Below the pieces are notes generated by a model that saw nothing but the letters and a program-made list of their open reading frames with translations, had not been told where the DNA came from and did no database searches. From a virus (taxonomy: Duplodnaviria; Caudoviricetes): a DNA stretch of 24,690 nt. The stretch lies in IMG/VR virus record IMGVR_UViG_3300038675_001017, positions 1 to 24,690 of that record. One strand, 5' to 3'. Positions 16,587 through 24,690 of the stretch are shown piece by piece (the stretch's first letter is position 1; each line of letters opens with the position of its first letter). The position numbers and the translations under genes were made by a program.

Positions 16587-18158
16587 TTACTCATCACCTC
16601 CACTGTTATCGTCTTTGCCATCTTCATCTGGCTTGGAATCATCACCTGAACTTGTTTGGCCAGAGATTGACAGCCCAAGTTCTTTGATTTTTTCTTCTTC
16701 ACGTTTTCTTTGTTCAAGGCACTCCTCCCAATCTTTACCCTGAGCCGAAAAAAGGTCTGAATAAGTGACAATCCCGTTTTTAATTCCGACTTCCGCGGCT
16801 TTAGCTTCTTTTAACGGATCCACCCACTCCCATCCCGGGGTGATCCACGTCGCACTCGTCCATCCTTGCTTGTTCTCATAAAATGAGATTGATCCGAAAT
16901 CTCCCCGCAAATACGCCTCTTCCAAGACCATTTCCCATACCGGCTGGCATAATTTACGCGCAAGCCATTCCTGCCTGACCTTGAAATACCGGCGGGCTTC
17001 CAGTAAAGCCGCCCGCGCACTGGAATAATTTGTCTTTGAAAAATCTTTCGCCACCAATTCATACGGCAATCCTAAAGCCGCTGAGATTGCCCGTAAGATT
17101 CCCTCCACAAAAGGCTCAAACGTAGCTGACGGACGTTGAGGATTAAAGGACGTGATTGATTCACCCGGAAGCAAATGTTTAATCATGCCCGGTTCAAGGG
17201 CTTCCAGATACTGCCCTTTAAAATTACGGTCATATCCCGCGTTTAAATCCATCGAAGATTCAGATGTGATAAACAGTGAAAAGCAGGCCGCGATACGCGC
17301 GGCCACAAGCTCGGCTTCCGCGTAATCTGCTAAATCTTTAAAATACGTCAGCACTGGCGCGAAAAAAGGCACCCCGCGTGTTTGACTGGATCGCTGCATC
17401 GGGTAAAGATGAATAACGTTCATACGCCCGAATTCATTACGTGCTGGGATTTCGATAAATTCACGTTCAAAGGATTTGCTGAACCGATAATCACCTGGGT
17501 GCGTCTTTTGAATGAAATACGAAATAGGCTCGCCATTCTCGCCGATACGCACACCGCCACGAATTGACTTGTTTCCGCTATGCTGTGGCGGGGTCGCTAA
17601 CCTGTCAGATTCAATGACCTGAAGCGCCAATGAAAACGGCCTGTCTTTAAGCATGACCGGAATAACAATTGCCTCGCCGTTTTCAAGAATCTGTCTGTCA
17701 ACCAGCTGCTGGATTTCGTAAAAGTCCATACGGTTTCCCGCATCTGAAAAAGGCAGCCATTGCTTCCATGCCCGCTCTGCCTTTTTTTGAAACTTATCCG
17801 CCTTGCGGTTACTGATACCTAAAACCTCCCGGTCAATCCGGCTCTGCGGCCGGATGCCTGTTCCCACCACGTTGGTTGTCATGGTATTGGTAATCCCTGA
17901 AGCGTGCGCATCGTTACGGTTTAAATCCCGGCTTCTCTCACGGATTGCCGGAAGGTCAGGAATAATATCTTCATCAGCTGATCCCCCGCCCGGAAGCCAA
18001 CTCCCGCGCATGCGATTACGGTCCGCTCCACGATAAGAGCCAAACCGCTCGGTCAACTTGATTGCCTCGCGATACATCCGGCGCTTAAAGCCAGCCTTCG
18101 GTAAAAAAAAACCGATAAACCCGTCGATTCCCTGTGATAATTTTTCTTTAACGCTCAT
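16587..18158 (-). CDS. Portal protein, lambda gpB family
   Basis: RERSRDLNRND, NVVGTGI, LQVIESDRL, QTRGVP, NYSSARAALLE and WVDPLKE. Confidence 0.96.
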   Translation of the reverse strand: MSVKEKLSQGIDGFIGFFLPKAGFKRRMYREAIKLTERFGSYRGADRNRMRGSWLPGGGSADEDIIPDLPAIRERSRDLNRNDAHASGITNTMTTNVVGTGIRPQSRIDREVLGISNRKADKFQKKAERAWKQWLPFSDAGNRMDFYEIQQLVDRQILENGEAIVIPVMLKDRPFSLALQVIESDRLATPPQHSGNKSIRGGVRIGENGEPISYFIQKTHPGDYRFSKSFEREFIEIPARNEFGRMNVIHLYPMQRSSQTRGVPFFAPVLTYFKDLADYAEAELVAARIAACFSLFITSESSMDLNAGYDRNFKGQYLEALEPGMIKHLLPGESITSFNPQRPSATFEPFVEGILRAISAALGLPYELVAKDFSKTNYSSARAALLEARRYFKVRQEWLARKLCQPVWEMVLEEAYLRGDFGSISFYENKQGWTSATWITPGWEWVDPLKEAKAAEVGIKNGIVTYSDLFSAQGKDWEECLEQRKREEEKIKELGLSISGQTSSGDDSKPDEDGKDDNSGGDE

Positions 18159-18370
18159 GATGGTTTCTCAAATTTGGCGTAACTGGTGCGGGATGTTCCG
18201 CTCGCAATTTCCTGCTTTAACTGATCCCGAAGCTTCATCAACTCTGAAAGCGTGATGTACTGCAAATTCCGGCCCCCGATCGAATATGACTGCACCGCCC
18301 CGCCGGTCATACGCGCGTTGATCGCGAGTTCTACGTTTTCAAGCATTTCCTGTTTTGACGGTGAAGCCAT
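18155..18370 (-). CDS. Head completion protein (gpW-like)
   Basis: Likely start MASPSK at 18370 after GGGAG. GGAVQSYSIGGRNLQY..LSELMKLR. Stop overlaps the portal start. Confidence 0.85.
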   Translation of the reverse strand: MASPSKQEMLENVELAINARMTGGAVQSYSIGGRNLQYITLSELMKLRDQLKQEIASGTSRTSYAKFEKPS

Positions 18371-18390
18371 ATCATCTCCCAAAGACAAAT

Positions 18391-18431
18391 AAAAAAAGCC
18401 CGACTCTCGCTCGCCGACGAGAATACGGGCT
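18391..18431 (-). terminator. Intrinsic terminator-like hairpin immediately upstream of the head genes
   Basis: Minus strand AGCCCG-TA-TTCTCG-loop-CGAGAG-T-CGGGCT followed by a T run (TTTTTTATTT). Confidence 0.75.
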
Positions 18432-18484
18432 CTTATATTTAGCAAAACGGTGATCAGCCGTCCGCCTTTTAACTTGTTATCTTT

Positions 18485-18537
18485 ATGGTATAGGGATTGA
18501 AATCTTTTTCAAGGTGGGGATTACTACAGAATAGTAA
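18485..18537 (-). promoter_or_regulatory. Putative sigma70-type late promoter with upstream dyad
   Basis: -35 TTGAAA (18507-18512), 16-nt spacer, -10 TACCAT (18485-18490). Dyad TTACTA-N5-TAGTAA at 18521-18537. Confidence 0.55.
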
Positions 18538-18560
18538 AAACTACTTCGTGCTTATTATTT

Positions 18561-19343
18561 TTATGATCTCAGCCATTCATCATAATTTCCTTTAAACTGT
18601 CTGTCTTTTCTGGCTTTTAGATATTTTTCTATATTCACATCCTTCTCAAAAGTGTTATCTTTGGCCTCCCAACTGATTATATTTTCTCTGTGAAAAATTC
18701 GTGGCTCTTTTCTAAAATGACAATACGCATACACATGCCCATCCTCAACAAAATAAATATCAATATCTCGCATCGTTTTTTCCCATTTCCAGTCTTCTTT
18801 ATTGCGCCGTTGATATTCAATGGAAACTACTTGCTTTTTCTCTGCATAAAATAAAGCATCTTTTTTGCGGAATCTTTTGCCTTTCTTTTTTATCGGGATT
18901 TCTTTTCGATCTTTTTTGGGGATGCCATCAAAATAATTTTCCCGATTTCCTTGGATGATATTTTTAACAGCAATAAATGTTTTCGTTCCCTCTTTGCAAG
19001 TCCTGCTATCCCAAATCATGGATGTTAAGCGTTTCTCATTAAGAATAAAACTGACTAACTGATTTTTTAATCCAATCGACATTTCTTTGTCAGGGTTGAT
19101 CTTAAGCCACACATTTTTTGTATAATCATATACGACACGAATTAAATGAACCCTATGACGATCTGCCAGTTCTATAATCCTTTTGGGGATAGTAATTCCT
19201 TCATCAACCAAAGGCTTAATATCTTTATTAAAAAAGGCTCGCTCTCTTGCACTGATATTAAAGTCCGCATCCGATGAGCTCTTTTTACTTGAACTTATTA
19301 AAATTATTACGACTAAAATTAAAATGAAGTATATTACCCACAC
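18561..19343 (-). CDS. Membrane-anchored WYL-domain protein (AT-rich moron)
   Basis: Likely GTG start at 19343 after AAGGAGG. N-terminal TM WVIYFILILVVIILI. C-terminal VVSIEY...RDIDIY...VYAYCHFRKEPRIFHRENI fits the WYL pattern. AT-rich (18/60 G+C at 18601-18660). Confidence 0.75.
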   Translation of the reverse strand: MWVIYFILILVVIILISSSKKSSSDADFNISARERAFFNKDIKPLVDEGITIPKRIIELADRHRVHLIRVVYDYTKNVWLKINPDKEMSIGLKNQLVSFILNEKRLTSMIWDSRTCKEGTKTFIAVKNIIQGNRENYFDGIPKKDRKEIPIKKKGKRFRKKDALFYAEKKQVVSIEYQRRNKEDWKWEKTMRDIDIYFVEDGHVYAYCHFRKEPRIFHRENIISWEAKDNTFEKDVNIEKYLKARKDRQFKGNYDEWLRS

Positions 19344-19377
19344 ATCAACCTCCTTCATTTTAATAATATACAAAAAA

Positions 19378-19602
19378 TCACTCTGTTTCTACAGATTTAA
19401 ACTTTTTTCCGCAGTCTCTGCAGTAATGATATCTAATCGGCGGGCGTGAAACATAACACCGGACATTCTTGCTCTGGCACTTGGGGCATTTAAGCGGATA
19501 AAACGGAACACCATAACCCTCTGGCTCAATAGCCATATCTTCCGGCTCATCCGCCTCTTCTGCGATCCAATTCTTGTGCCTGTTTAGCCAGCGTCCACCC
19601 AT
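19378..19602 (-). CDS. Small zinc-ribbon protein (Ogr/Delta-like)
   Basis: LKCPKC...IRYHYCRDCGKKFKSVE. Likely ATG at 19602 overlaps the terminase stop (TGATG). Confidence 0.75.
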   Translation of the reverse strand: MGGRWLNRHKNWIAEEADEPEDMAIEPEGYGVPFYPLKCPKCQSKNVRCYVSRPPIRYHYCRDCGKKFKSVETE

Positions 19603-21446
19603 CAGATCCAAGACCCTTTCGATTTACGAAGCCATCCTCCCCGATCATGATCTTCATTAGTCGGTTGATGAATCCGTGGAGCATTTTCCCTCCGGATATT
19701 AAGCGCTCTGATAATATCCGCGGCCGCGAGCGCATAAACCTCCGCATCCAGATAATGATTAGCCGCGGCCTCTTTCTTCTTCTGCCAGACCTCCTTTGCC
19801 TTTCCTGTGGTGCGATTGCGGATAAGCACTTTATGTTCCGCGGTAAACTGTTTCAAATAATCCTCATCCGGATCTCGAAACAAATGCCATTTAGCCGGGT
19901 TTGTTGAGGCCACCATGCGGTTCATTTTATCTTTATACTGCGTGACATTTAAATTCCATAAAACAAGCCCCCCTGAAAGAACCGCCCCTGTCCTTGAATT
20001 AATATCAATCTTGTTTGCCCGGTAAAAACGCCCACCGGATATCTCCTCAAGCCCCTTAATCGCTTTTGTCTTATCCCTCCAGTGGCGGCAAAATTGATAG
20101 ACCTCATCTGTTCGATACCCTGAGTCAATACAAGTCAAATAAACGCTCAACGTCTCGCCGGAATTGATTCGCCGATATTCTGTCTTAAATAGAACGTCAA
20201 CGATATCCTCCCAATACTCAACACGATCCGCGCGAATCAGCCATGACTCTTCCTGATATCCCCAGCCGCGGATTACATAATAAAAATGATCTTTCTGAAC
20301 GTCCACCCCAGCTGTAAGCACCAAAACCTCATTCGGCACTACTCCATGATCATAATCGCGCGCAAGTTTGCGGACTTTATCCACAGTGGTTTCTTCAATT
20401 TTTTCTTCCCATACCTCCGCAAGCCATGAATTCACGAAATTCATCAACAGCTCAACATAATCTTTTGACCGTAAAAACTCTGCGGCAATATCGCTCCACG
20501 TGAGCCACGGTGAATACAAGGAGCTGACCCAAAAGCCACGGTTTCGGCTAGAGCCTGCGCCCTCTGACTTCCATTGCCCGGCCATCATCATTTTTTGTTT
20601 ATGAATATCCTCAATCCTTTCTTTACAATGCATACATTCATACCAAGCCAAACGGTCATTCTTAATACGCTCAGGCGATGACTCTTCTTTCGGCCATTTA
20701 ACCTGACCGAATACCAAGACCTGCTTTTTCCCGCAATAAGGGCACGGCACATAAAACCTGCGCTGGTCTGATTTTTCATATTCACGAAAAATATATCCAT
20801 CACGCGTAGTCGGTGTCGAAACCTTAACGGTCTTTTTGTTCCAGAACGTCTTCTGCCTTTCAGATGCCAGCTTGATCGGATCCTCTTCCATGCCGGAAAA
20901 CTTGGGATACTTATCAACCTCATCAAGAAACAAATACCGGATCGGGCGTGATGCCAAATCAGCCGGGCTGTTTGATCCGGCAAAATACAAAATCATACGC
21001 TCAAAATGATACTCAAACCTTGTAAGGTCATCTGAATTCTTTGGGATATGCCGTGCTAGCGCCGGAGAACATTCAATCATGGGGCGAATACGGTTATACG
21101 AAACACTCTTGGCATCATCCGCGCGAGGTAAAACCATCAATGTCGGGCCCGGATCCTGATCGATGAGAAAGGCAAGCATGTTATACATCGATTCGGTCTT
21201 ACCCACCTGAGAGGCGGCCATAACCGTAATCTCATCAACATACGGATCCGTAAACGCATCCATGATGCCTTTTAAATACGGCGCCCGCGCGGTTGACCAT
21301 TGCCCGGGTTCAGCTGATGTTTTGACATCAAGACGTCGAAACTGATCCGCCCACTCGCTAACCGTCATCTTGATAGGCAAAACCCACTCTTTAGCGGCAT
21401 ACGGCACAACTGTTTTAAGGATTTCTCTTCCCAGCTTTACTCGCAC
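19602..21446 (-). CDS. terL: Terminase large subunit, lambda gpA family
   Basis: SAEPGQW, Walker A AASQVGKTE, Walker B YLFLDEVD, VSTPT, CPYC/CMHC, nuclease GVDVQ and NHYLDAEVYA. Likely GTG start at 21446 within ORF 19602..21503. Confidence 0.96.
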   Translation of the reverse strand: MRVKLGREILKTVVPYAAKEWVLPIKMTVSEWADQFRRLDVKTSAEPGQWSTARAPYLKGIMDAFTDPYVDEITVMAASQVGKTESMYNMLAFLIDQDPGPTLMVLPRADDAKSVSYNRIRPMIECSPALARHIPKNSDDLTRFEYHFERMILYFAGSNSPADLASRPIRYLFLDEVDKYPKFSGMEEDPIKLASERQKTFWNKKTVKVSTPTTRDGYIFREYEKSDQRRFYVPCPYCGKKQVLVFGQVKWPKEESSPERIKNDRLAWYECMHCKERIEDIHKQKMMMAGQWKSEGAGSSRNRGFWVSSLYSPWLTWSDIAAEFLRSKDYVELLMNFVNSWLAEVWEEKIEETTVDKVRKLARDYDHGVVPNEVLVLTAGVDVQKDHFYYVIRGWGYQEESWLIRADRVEYWEDIVDVLFKTEYRRINSGETLSVYLTCIDSGYRTDEVYQFCRHWRDKTKAIKGLEEISGGRFYRANKIDINSRTGAVLSGGLVLWNLNVTQYKDKMNRMVASTNPAKWHLFRDPDEDYLKQFTAEHKVLIRNRTTGKAKEVWQKKKEAAANHYLDAEVYALAAADIIRALNIRRENAPRIHQPTNEDHDRGGWLRKSKGSWI

Positions 21447-22041
21447 TTTGCTTCCCCGCAAATTGTTCAATAATGTAACGAATTTCCTGATCCAGAATTT
21501 CACAGATCACCTTGGGATCCTGCTGATACAATTTTGGCGCGACATGTTTCGGCAAACGTAAAAACCCCGACTTAATTCCACGAATCTGATTCTTAACGAT
21601 CGAAACATGATCCTCAAACGGAATAACCTCGCCTTCTTTTTGTTTAAGTTCAATTTCACTTAGCTTGGCGCGATTCTTTCGGTACTCTTTATCCCAGAAG
21701 TCCTTGCTGTTATCTTCCTTGGCCCCGCGCTTTTCATAAAACCACCTAAAAATCTCACTGACCCTGAACCGCGCAATCTCACCAGCTGCATCGCGAAGCA
21801 CCGGCATGCCCTGCTGAACATAACGCCGGATCATGCGCGGTGATTTTTCGAGATAAACACACAACGTCGCTAAATCTACCGTGCCGTCAATAACGCCTTC
21901 CGGCTTCTGCCCTGACTTTTCAAACTCTTCAAGTTCTTTAAGTTCTTTGGATGAAAGTGATCCTCGTTGCAACTTTTCCACAAGGGCGATGTAACGTTTC
22001 TTTTTCGCGATCTCAATAAGGTTGCTGTTTTTTTCATCCAT
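21415..22041 (-). CDS. terS: Terminase small subunit (Nu1-like)
   Basis: HTH LATLCVYLEKSPRMIRRYVQQGMP resembles the lambda Nu1 N-terminus, followed by coiled coil RAKLSEIELKQKEGEVI. Overlaps the start of terL. Confidence 0.88.
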   Translation of the reverse strand: MDEKNSNLIEIAKKKRYIALVEKLQRGSLSSKELKELEEFEKSGQKPEGVIDGTVDLATLCVYLEKSPRMIRRYVQQGMPVLRDAAGEIARFRVSEIFRWFYEKRGAKEDNSKDFWDKEYRKNRAKLSEIELKQKEGEVIPFEDHVSIVKNQIRGIKSGFLRLPKHVAPKLYQQDPKVICEILDQEIRYIIEQFAGKQSASKAGKRNP

Positions 22042-23338
22042 TACTTTCCCTTACCGCTTGTTTTCCGGAAAACTCCTTCCAGCGCTTGACCGCTACATCA
22101 CAAAATACAGGTTCCACCTCCATGGCAAAAACACGCCTGTTAAGCCTTTCACCTGCGATAATTTGTGAACCTGATCCACTAAAAGGTTCATAGCATACAT
22201 CACCCGGGTTTGTATGAACACGCATCGGAATAGCAAAGACTTCAGTCGGCTTAACCGTTGGATGATCAATGCCGGAATTGCGTTTCTTGCCCTCCCAGTC
22301 AAGCTCCCAGACATCCGTGTGATATTCAGGCGTTGCCGGATCCCCTGACCGCAAAAAATCAATCGTCCACACGCTTCCGATAGATTTGTTTTTTGGCTTG
22401 TAATCAGGTTTCTGCCCTTTTACCCACATCAAAAGGCACGGCTCATGCCTCCATGAATAAAACGAATAGGTCAAAATCACACACGGCTTGACCCAGACGA
22501 TTTCCTGATGAATCAAAATGCCGATATCCTTGCACACACCTTCAATATCAGCCCTGCGCTTTGACGCATGCCACATATAAAGAGCGGTTTTCTCATGAAT
22601 GTATTTGATGCCGACCGTTAAAAACTTTTTCATAAATTCAATCGCATCGGGTATATCTATTTCGTGATAAACATTCGACCAGTCACGGCCACCATTAGGG
22701 CGATCTTTTCCTGTATAATCCACGCAATACGGCGGATCCGTTGCAAACAAGCTTGCCGTATGCCCATCCATCAACCTCGCCACATCCTGCTCATTAGTTG
22801 AATCCCCGCATAAAAGCCGATGCTCTCCCAAAATCCAAAGATCACCCTTCTTTGTAATCGCCTCTTTGGGAGGTTCCGGGATATCATCAGGCAAGGTCTT
22901 TCCACTGCCCATATTTTCAACGCCCATATCCCCGACAGTCTCACGCAAGGTCTGCAGGCGTAAATTCAAATAATCATCGGCTGATTCTTTACGCAACCTC
23001 TCCAAAATCGGAATCAACGCGGCTGTCCACTGCCCAGCAATCTCTGCATTATTCAGCGTCACATTCATGGCTTGCTCCTGAACCTCATCCAGATCAACCA
23101 TGATCACCGAAACGGTTTCAATGCCATCCTCCTGCAAAACCTTGTACCGCTGATGCCCGGAAACGATGCGCATATTGCGCTGATTAACGATCAGAAGATC
23201 CACATACCCGAATTTTTCCAAGCTGTGTTTAAGTCCCGCATAAGCAGGTTCTGTGATTTCACGAGGGTTATATGGTGCCGGAAGGATGTCCGCGACCCTG
23301 ACCTCCTTAATCACTGGTTTTACGTTAATTTTTGCCAA
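22034..23338 (-). CDS. ParB/Srx-domain DNA methyltransferase (N6-adenine/N4-cytosine, beta class)
   Basis: PAPYNPR...IVSGHQR (ParB-like), then GEHRLLCGDS, motif IV DPPY, HPTVKP and motif I EPFSGSGS. Likely TTG start at 23338 after AAGGAGG. Confidence 0.92.
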   Translation of the reverse strand: MAKINVKPVIKEVRVADILPAPYNPREITEPAYAGLKHSLEKFGYVDLLIVNQRNMRIVSGHQRYKVLQEDGIETVSVIMVDLDEVQEQAMNVTLNNAEIAGQWTAALIPILERLRKESADDYLNLRLQTLRETVGDMGVENMGSGKTLPDDIPEPPKEAITKKGDLWILGEHRLLCGDSTNEQDVARLMDGHTASLFATDPPYCVDYTGKDRPNGGRDWSNVYHEIDIPDAIEFMKKFLTVGIKYIHEKTALYMWHASKRRADIEGVCKDIGILIHQEIVWVKPCVILTYSFYSWRHEPCLLMWVKGQKPDYKPKNKSIGSVWTIDFLRSGDPATPEYHTDVWELDWEGKKRNSGIDHPTVKPTEVFAIPMRVHTNPGDVCYEPFSGSGSQIIAGERLNRRVFAMEVEPVFCDVAVKRWKEFSGKQAVRESNG

Positions 23339-23434
23339 AACTTCCTCCTTTTTGCTCATTTCCTGATGTTTTTCATGAAAAAAATCCAAAAGTGATGGAC
23401 ATGGACATCGTTTTTTTTGACCACAATCACTGAC

Positions 23435-23483
23435 AACCCGCGCCTCGCCTGACCCTCGGCCCAACCGCCCCACGGAAGGACCC
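23435..23483 (-). other. Putative lambda-type cos site (cosQ plus cosN-like)
   Basis: Minus strand GGGTCCT (23477-23483), 34 GC-rich nt, then CGCGGGTT (23435-23442). Lambda, as I recall it, has GGGTCCT-35 nt-CGCGGGTT. Intergenic and upstream of a gpA/Nu1-type terminase. Confidence 0.7.
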
Positions 23484-23593
23484 AAAACCTTTTTGATCAA
23501 TAAGTTACTGATGCCGTGATGACAGCTGCCCCCAGCCAGTAAACCGCATGACGTATATCCCAATAGGATAGATAAACAATCGCGGCACACACA

Positions 23594-24442
23594 TCAAGCA
23601 CGATTAATATCGTCGGAAATATCTTTTCCATCACTGTTCTTTTCTGTTATTTGTTTTAAAATATCGGCCATCATGCCGATGCCTTGTTTCTTGTAACGTT
23701 TACCCTCTTCGATGTTCGCGTTAGCAAAGTATGCATGGCTCGTCATCGAAAGCACTTTGATAAACCACGGATATAATTCCCGGATATTATCTTTGTCCTG
23801 CGTGTACTGCTCACAGATATTGTTTAACACCTCATCCGGGATTTTTTGCTTCTTGCTCCACTTGGCTTGCTTTTTAAATTTGTTAATCAACTGATAGATG
23901 TTGAACCCTTGCTTGTAAACCGAATCCAATAATTCTTTTGTCTGTGAAGAAACAGCGTATGAGCCTTGCTCATGCGCTGGCGCAGCCTGTTTACAAACTC
24001 TCCCATCCCCATTCCAATCCCCATTCCCATCCCCATTCCCAACTGAGAAATTACTCGCGTAAACGTCCTTTAACGGTTGCTTAACGGTTAAGCATTCGTT
24101 AGATGGCGGTGGAATGTCACTTTGGCGTTCTGTCTTGTGAGGTTTTTGATGTTTTTGCCAGTTAATGATCTGATAATAACGTTCGCCGTCTATTTCATAA
24201 CGGATAATAAATGGACGTTTACCGTTCTTCTTTTGTTGTGCCAATAACTGCATGATTTGCTCGGCATCGACATCATCGTAGGGCATGATCTCGATCTTAA
24301 GGCGTTCCGGGCGGTCTTCGCCTCTGCCTTCACGATCCGCCTGAATCCATAACCCCTGATAAAACAGCCTTGCCTCAAAAGGCAATTCTTTGATATCTTC
24401 GTCTTTAAAAAAATCCGGTTTTAAATATCTGATCCGTGCCAT
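23594..24442 (-). CDS. Phage replication initiator / replisome organiser
   Basis: Likely start MARIRYLKPDFFKDE at 24442. ARLFYQGLW..ADREGR and YYQIINWQKHQ are typical of phage replication-protein N-termini. Low-complexity linker GNGDGNGDWNGDG. Confidence 0.8.
   Translation of the reverse strand: MARIRYLKPDFFKDEDIKELPFEARLFYQGLWIQADREGRGEDRPERLKIEIMPYDDVDAEQIMQLLAQQKKNGKRPFIIRYEIDGERYYQIINWQKHQKPHKTERQSDIPPPSNECLTVKQPLKDVYASNFSVGNGDGNGDWNGDGRVCKQAAPAHEQGSYAVSSQTKELLDSVYKQGFNIYQLINKFKKQAKWSKKQKIPDEVLNNICEQYTQDKDNIRELYPWFIKVLSMTSHAYFANANIEEGKRYKKQGIGMMADILKQITEKNSDGKDISDDINRA
24001..24093. repeat. Repeat cluster inside the initiator gene (candidate origin)
   Basis: About three copies of a 12-bp unit TCCCATCCCCAT (24001-24041). 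TTAACGGTT twice at 11-bp spacing (24070, 24081). Palindrome GCTTAAC-G-GTTAAGC (24079-24093). Confidence 0.6.
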
Positions 24443-24450
24443 ATTGCCCT

Positions 24451-24690
24451 TTACTTTGATGAGGTTACACATTGATACCACGCCATATTGCCTTTGAGGT
24501 TTCGCTTGGCGCATTCAGCCTTATCAAGTTTTTTGACCAGTCCTCTCTGCACAAAATCCCGGATAGTTCTTTCAGCCCTTAAGTAATACGAGCTTGTCCC
24601 ATAAGCCACCACTTGGGCTTTTGAAAAAATGCCCTTTTGCCTGCACCACTTAAGAAGCTGTTTTTCTTTAGACAGTAAATTGTCATTCAT
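24451..24690 (-). CDS. Small basic protein, possibly winged helix-turn-helix
   Basis: 79 aa with a helix-helix-strand pattern (RAERTIRDFVQRGLVKKL). Lies upstream of the initiator and starts at the window edge. Confidence 0.6.
   Translation of the reverse strand: MNDNLLSKEKQLLKWCRQKGIFSKAQVVAYGTSSYYLRAERTIRDFVQRGLVKKLDKAECAKRNLKGNMAWYQCVTSSK

Larger units (their letters stand above)
1..24690 (-). mobile_element. Lambda-like siphophage/prophage segment (replication, packaging, head, tail, accessory genes); boundaries not in window
   Basis: Co-oriented, tightly packed genes in canonical lambdoid order: terS-terL-gpW-portal-protease-decoration-capsid-neck-tube-G/T-tape measure-M-L-K-I/J. Many start/stop overlaps and GGAG(G) ribosome-binding sites. 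Confidence 0.97.

Noticed and set aside
23339-23590. 84-aa N-terminal extension of the methyltransferase ORF
   Set aside because: It overlaps the cos-like region and looks non-coding; the strong RBS lies just before the TTG at 23338.
24001-24041. CRISPR array or transposon end
   Set aside because: These are short contiguous 12-bp units without spacers, in frame within a gene. No cas or transposase gene is present.
1880-24690. Alternative genetic code (stop-codon reassignment) explaining the in-frame stops
   Set aside because: The two interruptions use different codons (TGA and TAA), and TGA, TAA and TAG all end other genes at natural positions with start/stop overlaps.
1-24690. Gene transfer agent or tailocin
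   Set aside because: A replication initiator, cos-type terminase and complete head module indicate a phage. A domesticated state cannot be excluded given the nonsense codons.

Overview
The whole window is one minus-strand block of a lambda-like, long non-contractile-tailed (sipho-type) phage or prophage. In transcription order (right to left) it holds a small wHTH-like gene, a replication initiator with internal repeats, a lambda-type cos-like site, a ParB-domain DNA methyltransferase, small and large (gpA-family) terminase, a Zn-ribbon protein, an AT-rich membrane-anchored WYL moron, and a dyad-promoter-hairpin-terminator leader. These are followed by the head genes (gpW-like, portal, protease/scaffold, decoration, major capsid), neck genes, tail tube, a frameshifting tail chaperone, tape measure, an M/L/K/I-J-like tail tip, a GT9-like glycosyltransferase and a lipoprotein resembling a u-spanin. 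The most unusual feature is the tail-tip protein: its last ~503 residues contain 53 cysteines by hand count, following ~526 residues with none. The next gene is a GT9-fold enzyme with Lys where the family's catalytic Asp normally sits, so the pair is a candidate virion cysteine-modification (S-glycosylation) system. Two genes carry clean in-frame stops (TGA in the tail-tip gene, TAA in a holin-like gene), and the capsid gene appears to start at CTG, pointing to prophage decay, sequence error or regulated readthrough. No integrase, att site, endolysin, RNA gene or CRISPR array is visible. All family assignments come from motif recognition and gene order, not from database searches.
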